From IMG/VR virus record IMGVR_UViG_3300048823_000117, positions 1 through 50,356 of that record: a stretch of DNA of 50,356 nucleotides; one strand, 5' to 3'. This document shows positions 35,206 to 43,171 of this stretch, one piece after another; the stretch's first letter is position 1, and every line of letters begins with the position of its first letter. Source of the stretch: a virus. Its lineage: Duplodnaviria > Caudoviricetes. The notes beneath the pieces were generated by a model. That model ran no database searches, was not told the DNA's origin, and saw only the letters and a list, made by a program, of their open reading frames with translations. The translations under genes were made by a program, and so were the position numbers.

Positions 35206-35241
35206 GGTTGTTAAGACTATATCAACCATATCATTACTTGG

Positions 35242-35270
35242 TTGACAACACCATACGGCCGTGGTACAAT
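35242..35270 (+). promoter_or_regulatory. Sigma70 early promoter P3
   Basis: TTGACA-17 nt-TACAAT with extended TG. Confidence 0.8.
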
Positions 35271-35291
35271 GCGCGTTCACCTGGAGGTTAT

Positions 35292-35504
35292 ATGAAAATG
35301 GTTTGCGGTTGTGAAGTGAGTAAGGGCAAGGAGTTTGTATCAAACGCCGACTGCCCGGCGCACAAAGGAATGCAATTCATTGCAACGAAGCAAGTGCTAT
35401 GCACTGGATATGTACCCTGGCGCGAGCCGGTACGAGAAACCGACTGGCCTAAGTGCCGGTGCGGCGAGATTGCGCAGATGCACGACGAGAAGGCCCGATG
35501 TTAA
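35292..35504 (+). CDS. Cys/His-rich small hypothetical protein
   Basis: GGAGG RBS, ATG at 35292; CGC..CPAH..C..CRCG..H. Confidence 0.65.
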   Translation: MKMVCGCEVSKGKEFVSNADCPAHKGMQFIATKQVLCTGYVPWREPVRETDWPKCRCGEIAQMHDEKARC

Positions 35505-35893
35505 GCCCGCATGAAGAATGGTTGATTGCGAATCGGCTGAAGGCCCAGGAAATGGCGCCTAAGATGACCGACCAGGATAAGGCGCGGTTGCATAAGGCGA
35601 TTGCGAAAGTCGCTTATATGAAAGACGCGCAAGCGGCCAGGGCAGCATTAGGCGCGCATTCGATGACAGCCGGAGACGCAGTTTACCTTTTGGTTGTCCA
35701 GAATAGCTATTGCGCCTGCTGTCCGCAGGACTTATCCAGCGATGAAGTAAACCGCTGGGGGGTTGACCACAATCGACAAAAGCACCGCGTTCGGGGGATT
35801 CTCTGCTTTAGTTGCAATACAGGCATCCGGCCGGTCTGGCAAGTGAAGTGCATGGTTGAGTACTTAAAACGCAATGGAGACTGGGATGAGTAA
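35498..35893 (+). CDS. Endonuclease VII-like (beta-beta-alpha-Me) nuclease
   Basis: QNSYCACC..VDHN....VRGILCFSCNTGI..EYL. Confidence 0.8.
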   Translation: MLSPHEEWLIANRLKAQEMAPKMTDQDKARLHKAIAKVAYMKDAQAARAALGAHSMTAGDAVYLLVVQNSYCACCPQDLSSDEVNRWGVDHNRQKHRVRGILCFSCNTGIRPVWQVKCMVEYLKRNGDWDE

Positions 35894-36377
35894 TAGATTT
35901 GGCAGCAGGAATACTCGAGCGGCCGAATTAACTCCGGTTCAGGTGCTGGAGATTCGAGAATTGTATCACAATCAGCAATACACACAGCGTCGACTTGGGA
36001 GGATGTACAATGTCGCCACAGAGACAATTGGGCGTATTGTGAGGAATGATACCTGGAAAGGAGTAGGCGGCCCAGGGACGGACAGGGAACCGTCGGCAGA
36101 TGAAAATCTGCACGAAGCGGCGCTGGAGATGGCAGCGAAGCTACCATTGTCACCGCAAGCACAGGCTGAGGCTACTGCAGCCGCAGCACGGATTATGGCA
36201 AGGTTAACACAAAACGAGGAACGCACCGATGATTTACCGAGACAGACGAACGATTTACATTCCGACGACCAATCAGCCGGACTCAACGTACCAAGCCACG
36301 ACGTATCCGAGCATCAATCTGGCGAAGAAGCAGAGCCGGTTGCTGGGCGGATCCCGGGGACTGGTGAGGGTCGGTAA
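35874..36377 (+). CDS. HTH DNA-binding protein (HNH-endonuclease C-terminal-type domain)
   Basis: GSRNTRAAELTPVQVLEIR..TQRRLGRMYNVATETIGRIVRNDTWK. Confidence 0.7.
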   Translation: METGMSNRFGSRNTRAAELTPVQVLEIRELYHNQQYTQRRLGRMYNVATETIGRIVRNDTWKGVGGPGTDREPSADENLHEAALEMAAKLPLSPQAQAEATAAAARIMARLTQNEERTDDLPRQTNDLHSDDQSAGLNVPSHDVSEHQSGEEAEPVAGRIPGTGEGR

Positions 36378-36435
36378 GCCCCCACGGAACGTGGCGGAGG
36401 TTAACCCTGTGGCTAAGGAGACAGCCAGTGGCTAA
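36229..36435 (+). CDS. Hypothetical protein
   Basis: GAGG RBS; overlaps the tail of the previous ORF and is coupled to the next. Confidence 0.5.
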   Translation: MIYRDRRTIYIPTTNQPDSTYQATTYPSINLAKKQSRLLGGSRGLVRVGKPPRNVAEVNPVAKETASG

Positions 36436-36832
36436 GTACCATGTGATCTTTGAGCAGGGGGTTGTACGAACCGCCGACTGGCTATTGCCGCTCCAGTTCG
36501 GTTGCCCGAGGTTCGAGCATATTCGAGACTCTCTGGGGTTTAAGCCAGATGCGCCGTTAGAGCATGTTTCGGTTCTCTGGCAAGGTAAGCTGGCGCATAT
36601 GTTCGTCGATGAAATCGGCCTGATGACAGGGCGGGAGCTAAACCCAAAGGCAACCCGAGTCTACTGGAACAACACACTCAGCCGTCACGGGAGGAAGTCG
36701 CTTCTCTACAACGACCTGACCGCCGACCCGGCAGTTAACCAGATAGTCGATACGGCTATTCTGGAAGGGCTTGGGCTATTCGAGGCAGTGATCGTCGGCC
36801 CGGCGTTACTTTGGGAAGGAGATATGGAATGA
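36428..36832 (+). CDS. Hypothetical protein (DUF3846-like)
   Basis: MFVDEIG....LNPKAT..IVGPALL. Confidence 0.6.
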   Translation: MAKYHVIFEQGVVRTADWLLPLQFGCPRFEHIRDSLGFKPDAPLEHVSVLWQGKLAHMFVDEIGLMTGRELNPKATRVYWNNTLSRHGRKSLLYNDLTADPAVNQIVDTAILEGLGLFEAVIVGPALLWEGDME

Positions 36833-37083
36833 CCACGCAGGCAACACTGTTCGTACAGCTTTGGCAAGACGGGGAAGATGTCGCACAGGTGACGAATGAG
36901 CATCTGACGGCGGTTATGACCGGCCGCCGAGAAGACGACAAGACCGAATGGACTTGCTGGGTATTCAACGACCGCTCTGCAGTCATTACGATGGAAGGAA
37001 CCGATTCCGACGGAACTCGGCATAGGGTAGTGCAGATCATGTATCCAGGCGGTGATGCACTGGCAGGAGAGGTTAAGTTATGA
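36829..37083 (+). CDS. Hypothetical protein
   Basis: ATGA-coupled start MTTQ with GGAG RBS. Confidence 0.6.
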   Translation: MTTQATLFVQLWQDGEDVAQVTNEHLTAVMTGRREDDKTEWTCWVFNDRSAVITMEGTDSDGTRHRVVQIMYPGGDALAGEVKL

Positions 37084-37337
37084 TCCGACTACTGATCAAG
37101 GGCGGCATGTCGGTCGCCGAGGCCGAACTCGCGAAGCGAGGCATTCCGACCTACGATAAGACCTTCACCTCGCATTCCGACCTGGGCGGGCTGCAGACGC
37201 ACACCTCGGTGCCGAGCATGTATCAGGCTAAAGTGACGAAGTGGTTCGGGGAGCCGGCCCAAGCGCCGTTCCCGAGCGGGACGCTCTTGCTGTTCACACT
37301 GAGCGTGGGCGGGGTAAGCGGCCGCCGGGTGGCCTAA
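37080..37337 (+). CDS. Hypothetical protein
   Basis: GAGG RBS; WFGEP..APFPSGTLL. Confidence 0.6.
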   Translation: MIRLLIKGGMSVAEAELAKRGIPTYDKTFTSHSDLGGLQTHTSVPSMYQAKVTKWFGEPAQAPFPSGTLLLFTLSVGGVSGRRVA

Positions 37338-37643
37338 CCGAGCGTCCGCGCACGTTAAGTTGACCGTTTTCGATTAACTGGAGATAATCATGCGATACGA
37401 GGTTAAGGTACAGAGGACTGTGGTTAAGACCACGGTTGTGGATGTCGAGGCGAAGAATGAGGAGTCAGCCTCCGACAAGGCAACGATGATGGTCGAGAAG
37501 ACTCCTGACGCTTGCGAATGGGAACTGGAATCCGACGATCTGGATGTGATCGAGGTGAGTGAGCTGGACAACGAGCCAGACGAAGACGACGAAGACTGAG
37601 ATCCCACCCCCGAGCGTCCTCGCGCGTTAAGCTGAGGACGCTC
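37338..37643 (+). repeat. 26-bp direct repeats (37338 and 37610) flanking one gene; the second forms a hairpin
   Basis: CCGAGCGTCCgCGCaCGTTAAGtTGA versus CCGAGCGTCCtCGCgCGTTAAGcTGA; stem GAGCGTCCTC..GAGGACGCTC. Confidence 0.7.
37390..37599 (+). CDS. Small acidic hypothetical protein
   Basis: GGAG RBS; V.VEAKNEE.A motif and a very acidic tail. Confidence 0.7.
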   Translation: MRYEVKVQRTVVKTTVVDVEAKNEESASDKATMMVEKTPDACEWELESDDLDVIEVSELDNEPDEDDED

Positions 37644-37681
37644 TTAGGTGTGATTTAAGATAAACGAACGGAGGAACGAAC

Positions 37682-38383
37682 GTGACCAAACGAGACATCA
37701 AGACGCTTCTGGCGGCGAGCCAGATCGTTAACGAGATGAACAAGTACGGGAGTCCCTGGCTGAGCCAAATCGCCGGCGGGCTGGCCGATATTGCAGCGTC
37801 GGCGATTACGCTAGAGCGGGTGATGGCGAAGCCGAAGGAGCAGACTGTGGAGAAAAACATGAGTGACGATATGGCAGCAAAAATGGATGACCAGATTGAG
37901 GGCGCGCTTTGTGAGAACGAGCGCCTTCTCAACGAAATCGATCATCTACGCAAGATTGCCGCCAAGGCCGACTGCCAGGACGAGAATTGTGTCCTGTTCG
38001 GGCTGGTGCATACGCATGTTTACCTCGAACAGGCCGAGCGTACTGAGGAACAGTACCTCGGTGATGGAGTCTATGCCAGCTTCGACGGCTACCAGATCTG
38101 GCTCGCAGCGAACGATCATACGAATCAAGTGATTGCGATCGAGCCGCAGGTCTGGGCGCAGCTGGTCAAGTATGCCTCCCGCGTCTGGGGCCAAAGACAA
38201 GCCCCTAACCTTCCGGCCGCCTCGGCCATTGCCTGTAACGACGGCGAGGAGCCGATCCGTTTCGACCAGGATGGTGGCAGGGATGAACCGCCTGACCCAG
38301 ACGGCGAAGAGTTTCGCGGAGGCGAGGCAGCAGCGTATAACGCGCAAGAACAGGACCGCATTCAAAGGGAGCTGAAGCGATGA
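37682..38383 (+). CDS. Hypothetical mosaic protein
   Basis: GGAGG RBS; contains a YLGDGVYASFDGYQIWL module. Confidence 0.65.
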   Translation: MTKRDIKTLLAASQIVNEMNKYGSPWLSQIAGGLADIAASAITLERVMAKPKEQTVEKNMSDDMAAKMDDQIEGALCENERLLNEIDHLRKIAAKADCQDENCVLFGLVHTHVYLEQAERTEEQYLGDGVYASFDGYQIWLAANDHTNQVIAIEPQVWAQLVKYASRVWGQRQAPNLPAASAIACNDGEEPIRFDQDGGRDEPPDPDGEEFRGGEAAAYNAQEQDRIQRELKR

Positions 38384-38790
38384 AGATCTTAATCGAGACG
38401 ATTCCGCACTCCGAGCAACGGTACCCGACGGTCGGGGACTGGTTCTGGAAGTCATCGCGAACCAAGGACTTCGACGACAAGGGTAAAGGTCCAGATTGGC
38501 ACAAGAAGGACACGCTCGTGATTCGCGTCTCCTCCATGTCCGACTGGCGTTACGAAGCCCTCGTCGGCCTCCACGAAGCGGTCGAGGCCCTGTTGTGCAA
38601 GCACGCAGGAGTGAGCGAAGCCATCGTCGATGCGTTCGACCTTAACTTCAAGGGCGAGGGCGAACCGGGGGACGACATCGGAGCCCCTTATCACCGGCAG
38701 CACGACATCGCCACGAGTGTCGAGGTGTTCCTCGCGCAGAATCTGGGCGTTAACTGGCTCCATTACGAACAGGAGGTCGACTCCCTATGA
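38380..38790 (+). CDS. Conserved phage protein with HExxE/His motifs (possible metal-binding)
   Basis: QRYPTVGDW..LHEAVEALLC..EPGDD..APYHRQH. Confidence 0.65.
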   Translation: MKILIETIPHSEQRYPTVGDWFWKSSRTKDFDDKGKGPDWHKKDTLVIRVSSMSDWRYEALVGLHEAVEALLCKHAGVSEAIVDAFDLNFKGEGEPGDDIGAPYHRQHDIATSVEVFLAQNLGVNWLHYEQEVDSL

Positions 38791-38933
38791 AACCAACCAT
38801 CAAGCACGCTTACGCGACAAGTCGCTTCAGCGGCCATTCGCCGGCGGCCGCCGCTTGGTTTAGTTTACGGTGGTACTTCGCGGAGCGATTGAGGATTCGT
38901 AAACTGCGCGCGTTCTTGAACAAGTACGGGTGA
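38787..38933 (+). CDS. Small basic hypothetical protein (48 aa)
   Basis: AGGAGG RBS, ATGA overlap; hand translation MKPTIKHAY..FLNKYG. Confidence 0.5.
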   Translation: MKPTIKHAYATSRFSGHSPAAAAWFSLRWYFAERLRIRKLRAFLNKYG

Positions 38934-38961
38934 GTTAGCGATTAACCCCCTCATTACTCCG

Positions 38962-38990
38962 TTGACATGCGCGTTCGCGTATGATAATGT
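38962..38990 (+). promoter_or_regulatory. Sigma70 promoter P4
   Basis: TTGACA-17 nt-TAATGT with extended TG. Confidence 0.75.
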
Positions 38991-39068
38991 GTGACCTGTT
39001 CATCGTGGTTAATGCCCCGCCGCCACGCAAAACACTGACGGGCAAGTTAGCGATTAGGAGCATGTAAC

Positions 39069-39791
39069 ATGTCAGCAGAAGCAGCAGAAGTCGGTCAGGC
39101 GGTTGCCGCCAAGCGACCGAAGACTGAGTACGAGAAGGTCAAGATGTCCGACGGCCGGGAGGTCGAGTTCCCGAAGAATCGCAAGCTCCAGAAGACGAGC
39201 TTGATTACTGGGGTCGACGGCCATACTGGCCCGACAGCAGTGCGTCTGGATTACGCCAACGGGGAGACCCGGACGGTGGTGATCCCAGGCGCGGACACCG
39301 TAAGCGAGATGATTTCGACGTTGGAGTTGCAGCCGGCTGAGTTGTCGAAGGTGCAGTTCCTCTTGAAATCAGCCGCCCACGGGATGGAGCAGAAGCTCGG
39401 CGACGAGATGGCCTATCAGCCGAAGAAGGACGAGCCCGAACCGACACTCGAGGATAAGATCGAGTGGGTTGATGAGCTGATCGGAAGGCTCGGTTCCTTG
39501 GAGTGGACGGTCGCCCGAGAGGGCGGTGGTGGTGGACTGGCTGGTGCCAGCACCCTCATCCAGGCCCTGTGCGAACTGTCGGGCAAGACGAAGGAAGAGA
39601 TCCGAGACTTCCTCAAGACGGCCGGCAAGGACGCCGAGGGCAAGGCGGCTCCCCTCAGTCGGGAGGAGCGCGCTGCGATTCGCCGGTCGAAGGCGGTCAA
39701 GGCCAAGATCGACGAGATCGAGGCTGCGCAGGCCAAGGCCAAGGGTATCGACGTCACGTCGAACCTGGGCAGCTTGGGCATCCCCGCCTAG
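39069..39791 (+). CDS. Early protein, paralog of 34590-34982
   Basis: AGGAG RBS; HGMEQKLGDEMA..LGSLEWTVARE; has its own promoter and terminator. Confidence 0.75.
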   Translation: MSAEAAEVGQAVAAKRPKTEYEKVKMSDGREVEFPKNRKLQKTSLITGVDGHTGPTAVRLDYANGETRTVVIPGADTVSEMISTLELQPAELSKVQFLLKSAAHGMEQKLGDEMAYQPKKDEPEPTLEDKIEWVDELIGRLGSLEWTVAREGGGGGLAGASTLIQALCELSGKTKEEIRDFLKTAGKDAEGKAAPLSREERAAIRRSKAVKAKIDEIEAAQAKAKGIDVTSNLGSLGIPA

Positions 39792-39849
39792 TCGGTAGAC
39801 ACTACCAGGACCCCCTGGGCCGTTCCTCCACAGACGCCCTGGAAAGTGG

Positions 39850-39884
39850 GCAAACGCCGGCAGCAATGTCGGCGTTTGTTTTTG
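39850..39884 (+). terminator. Rho-independent terminator
   Basis: GCAAACGCCGGCA-GCAA-TGTCGGCGTTTGT followed by TTTT. Confidence 0.8.
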
Positions 39885-39924
39885 TCCGGCGGCCGGCAGT
39901 AATGCACATGGCATCAATACTTAG

Positions 39925-39981
39925 TGGACAATGGCCGGTGAATATGATATTGTGTCATCCGTTGTAACCTAATATCGTTTC
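39925..39981 (+). promoter_or_regulatory. Promoter overlapped by 40-bp dyad copy D (39942-39981)
   Basis: TGGACA-17 nt-TATTGT; dyad ATATGATATTGTGTCAT-CCGTT-GTAACCTAATATCGTTTC; GGAGG RBS follows. Confidence 0.65.
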
Positions 39982-39999
39982 GCATTTGGAGGAACCAGA

Positions 40000-40377
40000 A
40001 TGCTCGATCTAAACGCACTAGCTGCGCAAGTTCGCGTCGAAGCGCGAATTCGGACGCAAGCACAGTCAATCACAGCTCGATTGGCCCAACGCCAAACGGC
40101 CGAACAAATTGCCGACGCAGCCGCAAGGGAACTCGCCAAGCGAGAGTCGTTGGCCAGGGCACTCAGTTCCGAGTCCTTGGACGCCACTCGGTTCCGCTGG
40201 CTCGGCTCCCACAGTACCCGGGCGTGCGAACTCTGTGGCCAGTCCACCGACGAGATGCGTCGGACGCTCGACGGCTGGATCAGCGCCGAAGCAAAACGCC
40301 GACTGGTCGAGATGCGAAAGGACTTCGCTGAGCGGACCGGGCGCCAACTGCCGAACTTGGAGTTCGACCGGGCATGA
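40000..40377 (+). CDS. Hypothetical protein
   Basis: GGAGG RBS; DATRFRWL motif. Confidence 0.65.
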   Translation: MLDLNALAAQVRVEARIRTQAQSITARLAQRQTAEQIADAAARELAKRESLARALSSESLDATRFRWLGSHSTRACELCGQSTDEMRRTLDGWISAEAKRRLVEMRKDFAERTGRQLPNLEFDRA

Positions 40378-40486
40378 CTTACTGTCAGCCCCATAACTGG
40401 TCCGAATGGACCTGGACAATGACTTTGTGTATGTACAAGCGTCAATGCTCAGTATGCAAAGTCTGGGAATACAGGCGAACTCGCTA

Positions 40487-40687
40487 ATGCCCCGTCCCAG
40501 ATCCATCATTCCCCGCCGCCAGTACAACGTGAAGATCCCCGACGATCTCTACGCCCGAGTCCTGGCCCACTTATGGTCGCCCGCAGAGAACTGCGTCCCT
40601 TACGGCGCATTCAGCGAGTTCGTAAACGACTGCATTCGCGACAAATTCCGCCGAATCGACGAGGTAAAGACCGATGTTATCCCCTGA
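40487..40687 (+). CDS. Ribbon-helix-helix-like DNA-binding protein
   Basis: MPRPR..QYNVKIPDDLYARV..FSEFVNDCIR (strand-helix-helix pattern). Confidence 0.6.
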   Translation: MPRPRSIIPRRQYNVKIPDDLYARVLAHLWSPAENCVPYGAFSEFVNDCIRDKFRRIDEVKTDVIP

Positions 40688-40904
40688 AGACCTATCCACG
40701 ATGCAACTGCTCCGCAGCCGCATCCTAATGAACGAACAGATCCCGCCGGAGGAACTTGGAGCGGCCCTGCGACTGATGCGCGCGGACCGGCTAAGCGCCG
40801 CAACTCGGGCCAAGACGACCAAGTCCCGCAGCGCGGGTAAGGCCAAGGCTCCCGCCCAGGCGGCCGGGGCGTTGCTCGGCCAGTTGGGAATCCCTGGGGT
40901 ATGA
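40674..40904 (+). CDS. Hypothetical protein
   Basis: GAGG RBS, coupled ORF. Confidence 0.6.
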   Translation: MLSPEDLSTMQLLRSRILMNEQIPPEELGAALRLMRADRLSAATRAKTTKSRSAGKAKAPAQAAGALLGQLGIPGV

Positions 40905-41131
40905 TCCCAGTCCAATTTCCCGAGGCCAATGGCGTCTTGGCAATGGGCCAGGACGAGTACGAGCCTCTACCCTTTTACAAGACCGCCGACGGTCGGACGA
41001 TTTGCTGCTTTCGCTTATCTCCAGCGGAGCTGGAGGAAATCGCCCGTACCCGAACGCTCTGGATTATGCAGTTGACCTTCAACCAGCCATTCCAGCCAAT
41101 TGGCCTATCTACCCAGCGGCCGTTTGAGTGA
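40901..41131 (+). CDS. Conserved phage hypothetical protein
   Basis: P..FPEAN....GQDEY.PLP..ICCF.LS..E..EI..T. Confidence 0.65.
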   Translation: MIPVQFPEANGVLAMGQDEYEPLPFYKTADGRTICCFRLSPAELEEIARTRTLWIMQLTFNQPFQPIGLSTQRPFE

Positions 41132-41307
41132 TGTACGAGCCCATCTTCAACCTCGAATGCGTCGAATGCGATTCCGAACCTGTCGTCGGCATCCGAGACG
41201 ACGAAGGTTCGCTCCGCTGCACGCACCTTTGCGGCAGCTGTTTTTTCAGTGACCGCAGCATGAACGACTGGGACCTCTGGAACGAACCTCAGGAGTCTAC
41301 AGAGTGA
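41131..41307 (+). CDS. Small CxxC-CxxC protein (58 aa, not in the ORF track)
   Basis: Hand translation MYEPIFNLECVECD..LCGSCFF..; coupled on both sides. Confidence 0.6.
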   Translation: MYEPIFNLECVECDSEPVVGIRDDEGSLRCTHLCGSCFFSDRSMNDWDLWNEPQESTE

Positions 41308-41537
41308 CCGACGAAGAGGCCAACTATACCAAGGTCGCCGACGGAGTCGACGCACTAATGGCCAAGATCTACCCAGGGAGTAAGTTCCTCGTCGTCACCG
41401 TCTGGGTCTGCGAAGCAGAGGCCTGGGTCCACGTCGCCTCGAATAGCAAGATGATGGCGCTGAAGTTACTAACCGACGCCAAGGATTGCATCGAAGGTAA
41501 CATCGGCTACGCACCTATAAGGAGCCTGGATTCATAA
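41304..41537 (+). CDS. Hypothetical protein
   Basis: AGGAG RBS, GTGA coupling. Confidence 0.55.
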   Translation: MTDEEANYTKVADGVDALMAKIYPGSKFLVVTVWVCEAEAWVHVASNSKMMALKLLTDAKDCIEGNIGYAPIRSLDS

Positions 41538-41538
41538 A

Positions 41539-41667
41539 CTGATAACTCCTAAGAGACGGGCCTGGCTCTCAGTCCCAATGAGTTGCGACCTGGGCGTAAT
41601 GTGCGAGTTGGCCCAGGCACGTGTGGTGGACAAGCCATAATTAGGCCCGTCTCTTAGTAGTTAACAG
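41539..41667 (+). ncRNA. Candidate structured RNA (long closing stem with three internal hairpins)
   Basis: CTAAGAGACGGGCCT (41549-63) pairs with AGGCCCGTCTCTTAG (41643-57). Inner arms CTCA/TGAG, CCTGGGC/GCCCAGG and TGTGGT/GCCATA; loops GTCC and GGAC are complementary. Confidence 0.65.
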
Positions 41668-41684
41668 CAGTAAGGAGGACGACG

Positions 41685-41942
41685 ATGGACGTTAAGCGAC
41701 TTAACATCTTCGCAACCGAAGATGAGATCAAGTATATAAAGCATTGCCAGTCAATGCCTATCATGGCATTCACAAACCCAGGACCACCAGGGCCAGGGGT
41801 ATCGCCAGTTATTCCCCTGAGCGAAGCCCCGATTAAGGCAGTTCACCGAGCAGCTCTCGCCCACGGTCTGCCGGAGATCCCTGGTTACTACGGTATCGAC
41901 TTGACGAATGGTGAATTCGTGACTGTCGAAGGAGCAGAATGA
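41685..41942 (+). CDS. Hypothetical protein
   Basis: TAAGGAGG RBS; HGLPEIPGYYG. Confidence 0.7.
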   Translation: MDVKRLNIFATEDEIKYIKHCQSMPIMAFTNPGPPGPGVSPVIPLSEAPIKAVHRAALAHGLPEIPGYYGIDLTNGEFVTVEGAE

Positions 41943-42844
41943 TGTTTCCAGAAGTCATAGATAGCTCCATGATGGCCTCCTTCAAGGAGTGCCCGGCGAA
42001 GTTCAAGTTACAATACATCGAGGAGTGGAAACCCCGGGGCATCTCGACTCACCTCCACGCGGGTGGAGCGTTCGCCCACGGCCTGGAAGCCTCTCGTCGG
42101 GCGTTCTACGAACAGGACGTCAGTAGCGACGACGCTCAGGCCATTGGAATCGACGCCCTGTTGCGCTTCTACGGCGATCACCGGCCGCCGGACTTCGGCA
42201 CCGCCGCGAACAAGTCCGCGATCCGAATGGCCGGCGCGCTGGAGTTTTATTTTGCTAACTACCCACTGAATCACGACAGCGCCTACCCTGTCATCATGCC
42301 TGGAGGCAAGCGTGGAATCGAATTCAACTACACTTATCCCTTGGGGATTGACCATCCAGAGACAGGACAACCAATCCTGTACACAGGACGATCTGATGGG
42401 ATATTCCAGTTCTCTGGCGGAACCTACATATTCGACGACAAGACTGCCAGCCAACTCGGACCAACTTGGGCAAAGCAATGGAAGTTACGAGCACAGTTTT
42501 CAGGGTACTGCTGGCTCGCACAGAAATGCGGAATCAAGGTTGATGGTGTTGTTGTGCGCGGTGTGTCGATACTGAAGAACTCCTACGGCACGGCCGAGGA
42601 CATTTCGTTCCGAGGCGAGTACATGCTCACCACGTGGGAGGCCGAGTTATTGACCTGGATCGCGATGATGAAGGAATGCTACCGAACCGGCCGCTGGGTT
42701 CATAACTTCGACCATGCCTGCAGTAACTACGGCGGCTGCGAATTCGACTCCATTTGCGACATGGAGGAGCCGAAGCCGTTCCTCGAACAGTCCCACGAGC
42801 GCCGACATTGGGACCCGATCACCAGAATTGAAACTAAATTGTGA
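41939..42844 (+). CDS. PD-(D/E)XK exonuclease, Cas4/RecB-like
   Basis: SMMASFKECP, GRSDG..DDKT, QFSGY, C..YGGCEF..IC (four Cys for an Fe-S cluster). Confidence 0.85.
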   Translation: MMFPEVIDSSMMASFKECPAKFKLQYIEEWKPRGISTHLHAGGAFAHGLEASRRAFYEQDVSSDDAQAIGIDALLRFYGDHRPPDFGTAANKSAIRMAGALEFYFANYPLNHDSAYPVIMPGGKRGIEFNYTYPLGIDHPETGQPILYTGRSDGIFQFSGGTYIFDDKTASQLGPTWAKQWKLRAQFSGYCWLAQKCGIKVDGVVVRGVSILKNSYGTAEDISFRGEYMLTTWEAELLTWIAMMKECYRTGRWVHNFDHACSNYGGCEFDSICDMEEPKPFLEQSHERRHWDPITRIETKL

Positions 42845-42853
42845 GGAACTGCC

Positions 42854-43171
42854 ATGTATACACTAACTGTAGCAATGTACAAGTGGACCGAACACCCTGA
42901 CTGGACGCCCGACTTACACGTGATGTCGTTCCAGGACGACGGGACCGAGAACCTAATCAGCGAGCGCCATCGAGTCAGTGAGCCTATTACAGTCAATCTG
43001 CCAGAACGGTCGGCTCAAGAGTCCACATTAGACGCCTTGACTGTTATCGCTAAGCTAAAGAGCGAACAGGTAACCGAGCACGTCTCAAAGATGCAGGCTC
43101 TGAATGAAGCCGAGGCGAAGTATCTATGCCTGACGCACGAGGTGCCCAGTGAACAGGATATGGAAATTTAA
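42854..43171 (+). CDS. Hypothetical protein
   Basis: GAGG RBS; ends KYLCLTHE. Confidence 0.6.
   Translation: MYTLTVAMYKWTEHPDWTPDLHVMSFQDDGTENLISERHRVSEPITVNLPERSAQESTLDALTVIAKLKSEQVTEHVSKMQALNEAEAKYLCLTHEVPSEQDMEI

Noticed and set aside
41539-41667. Canonical tRNA gene
   Set aside because: No T-loop TTCGA, no 7-nt anticodon loop and no CCA; kept as a candidate novel RNA.
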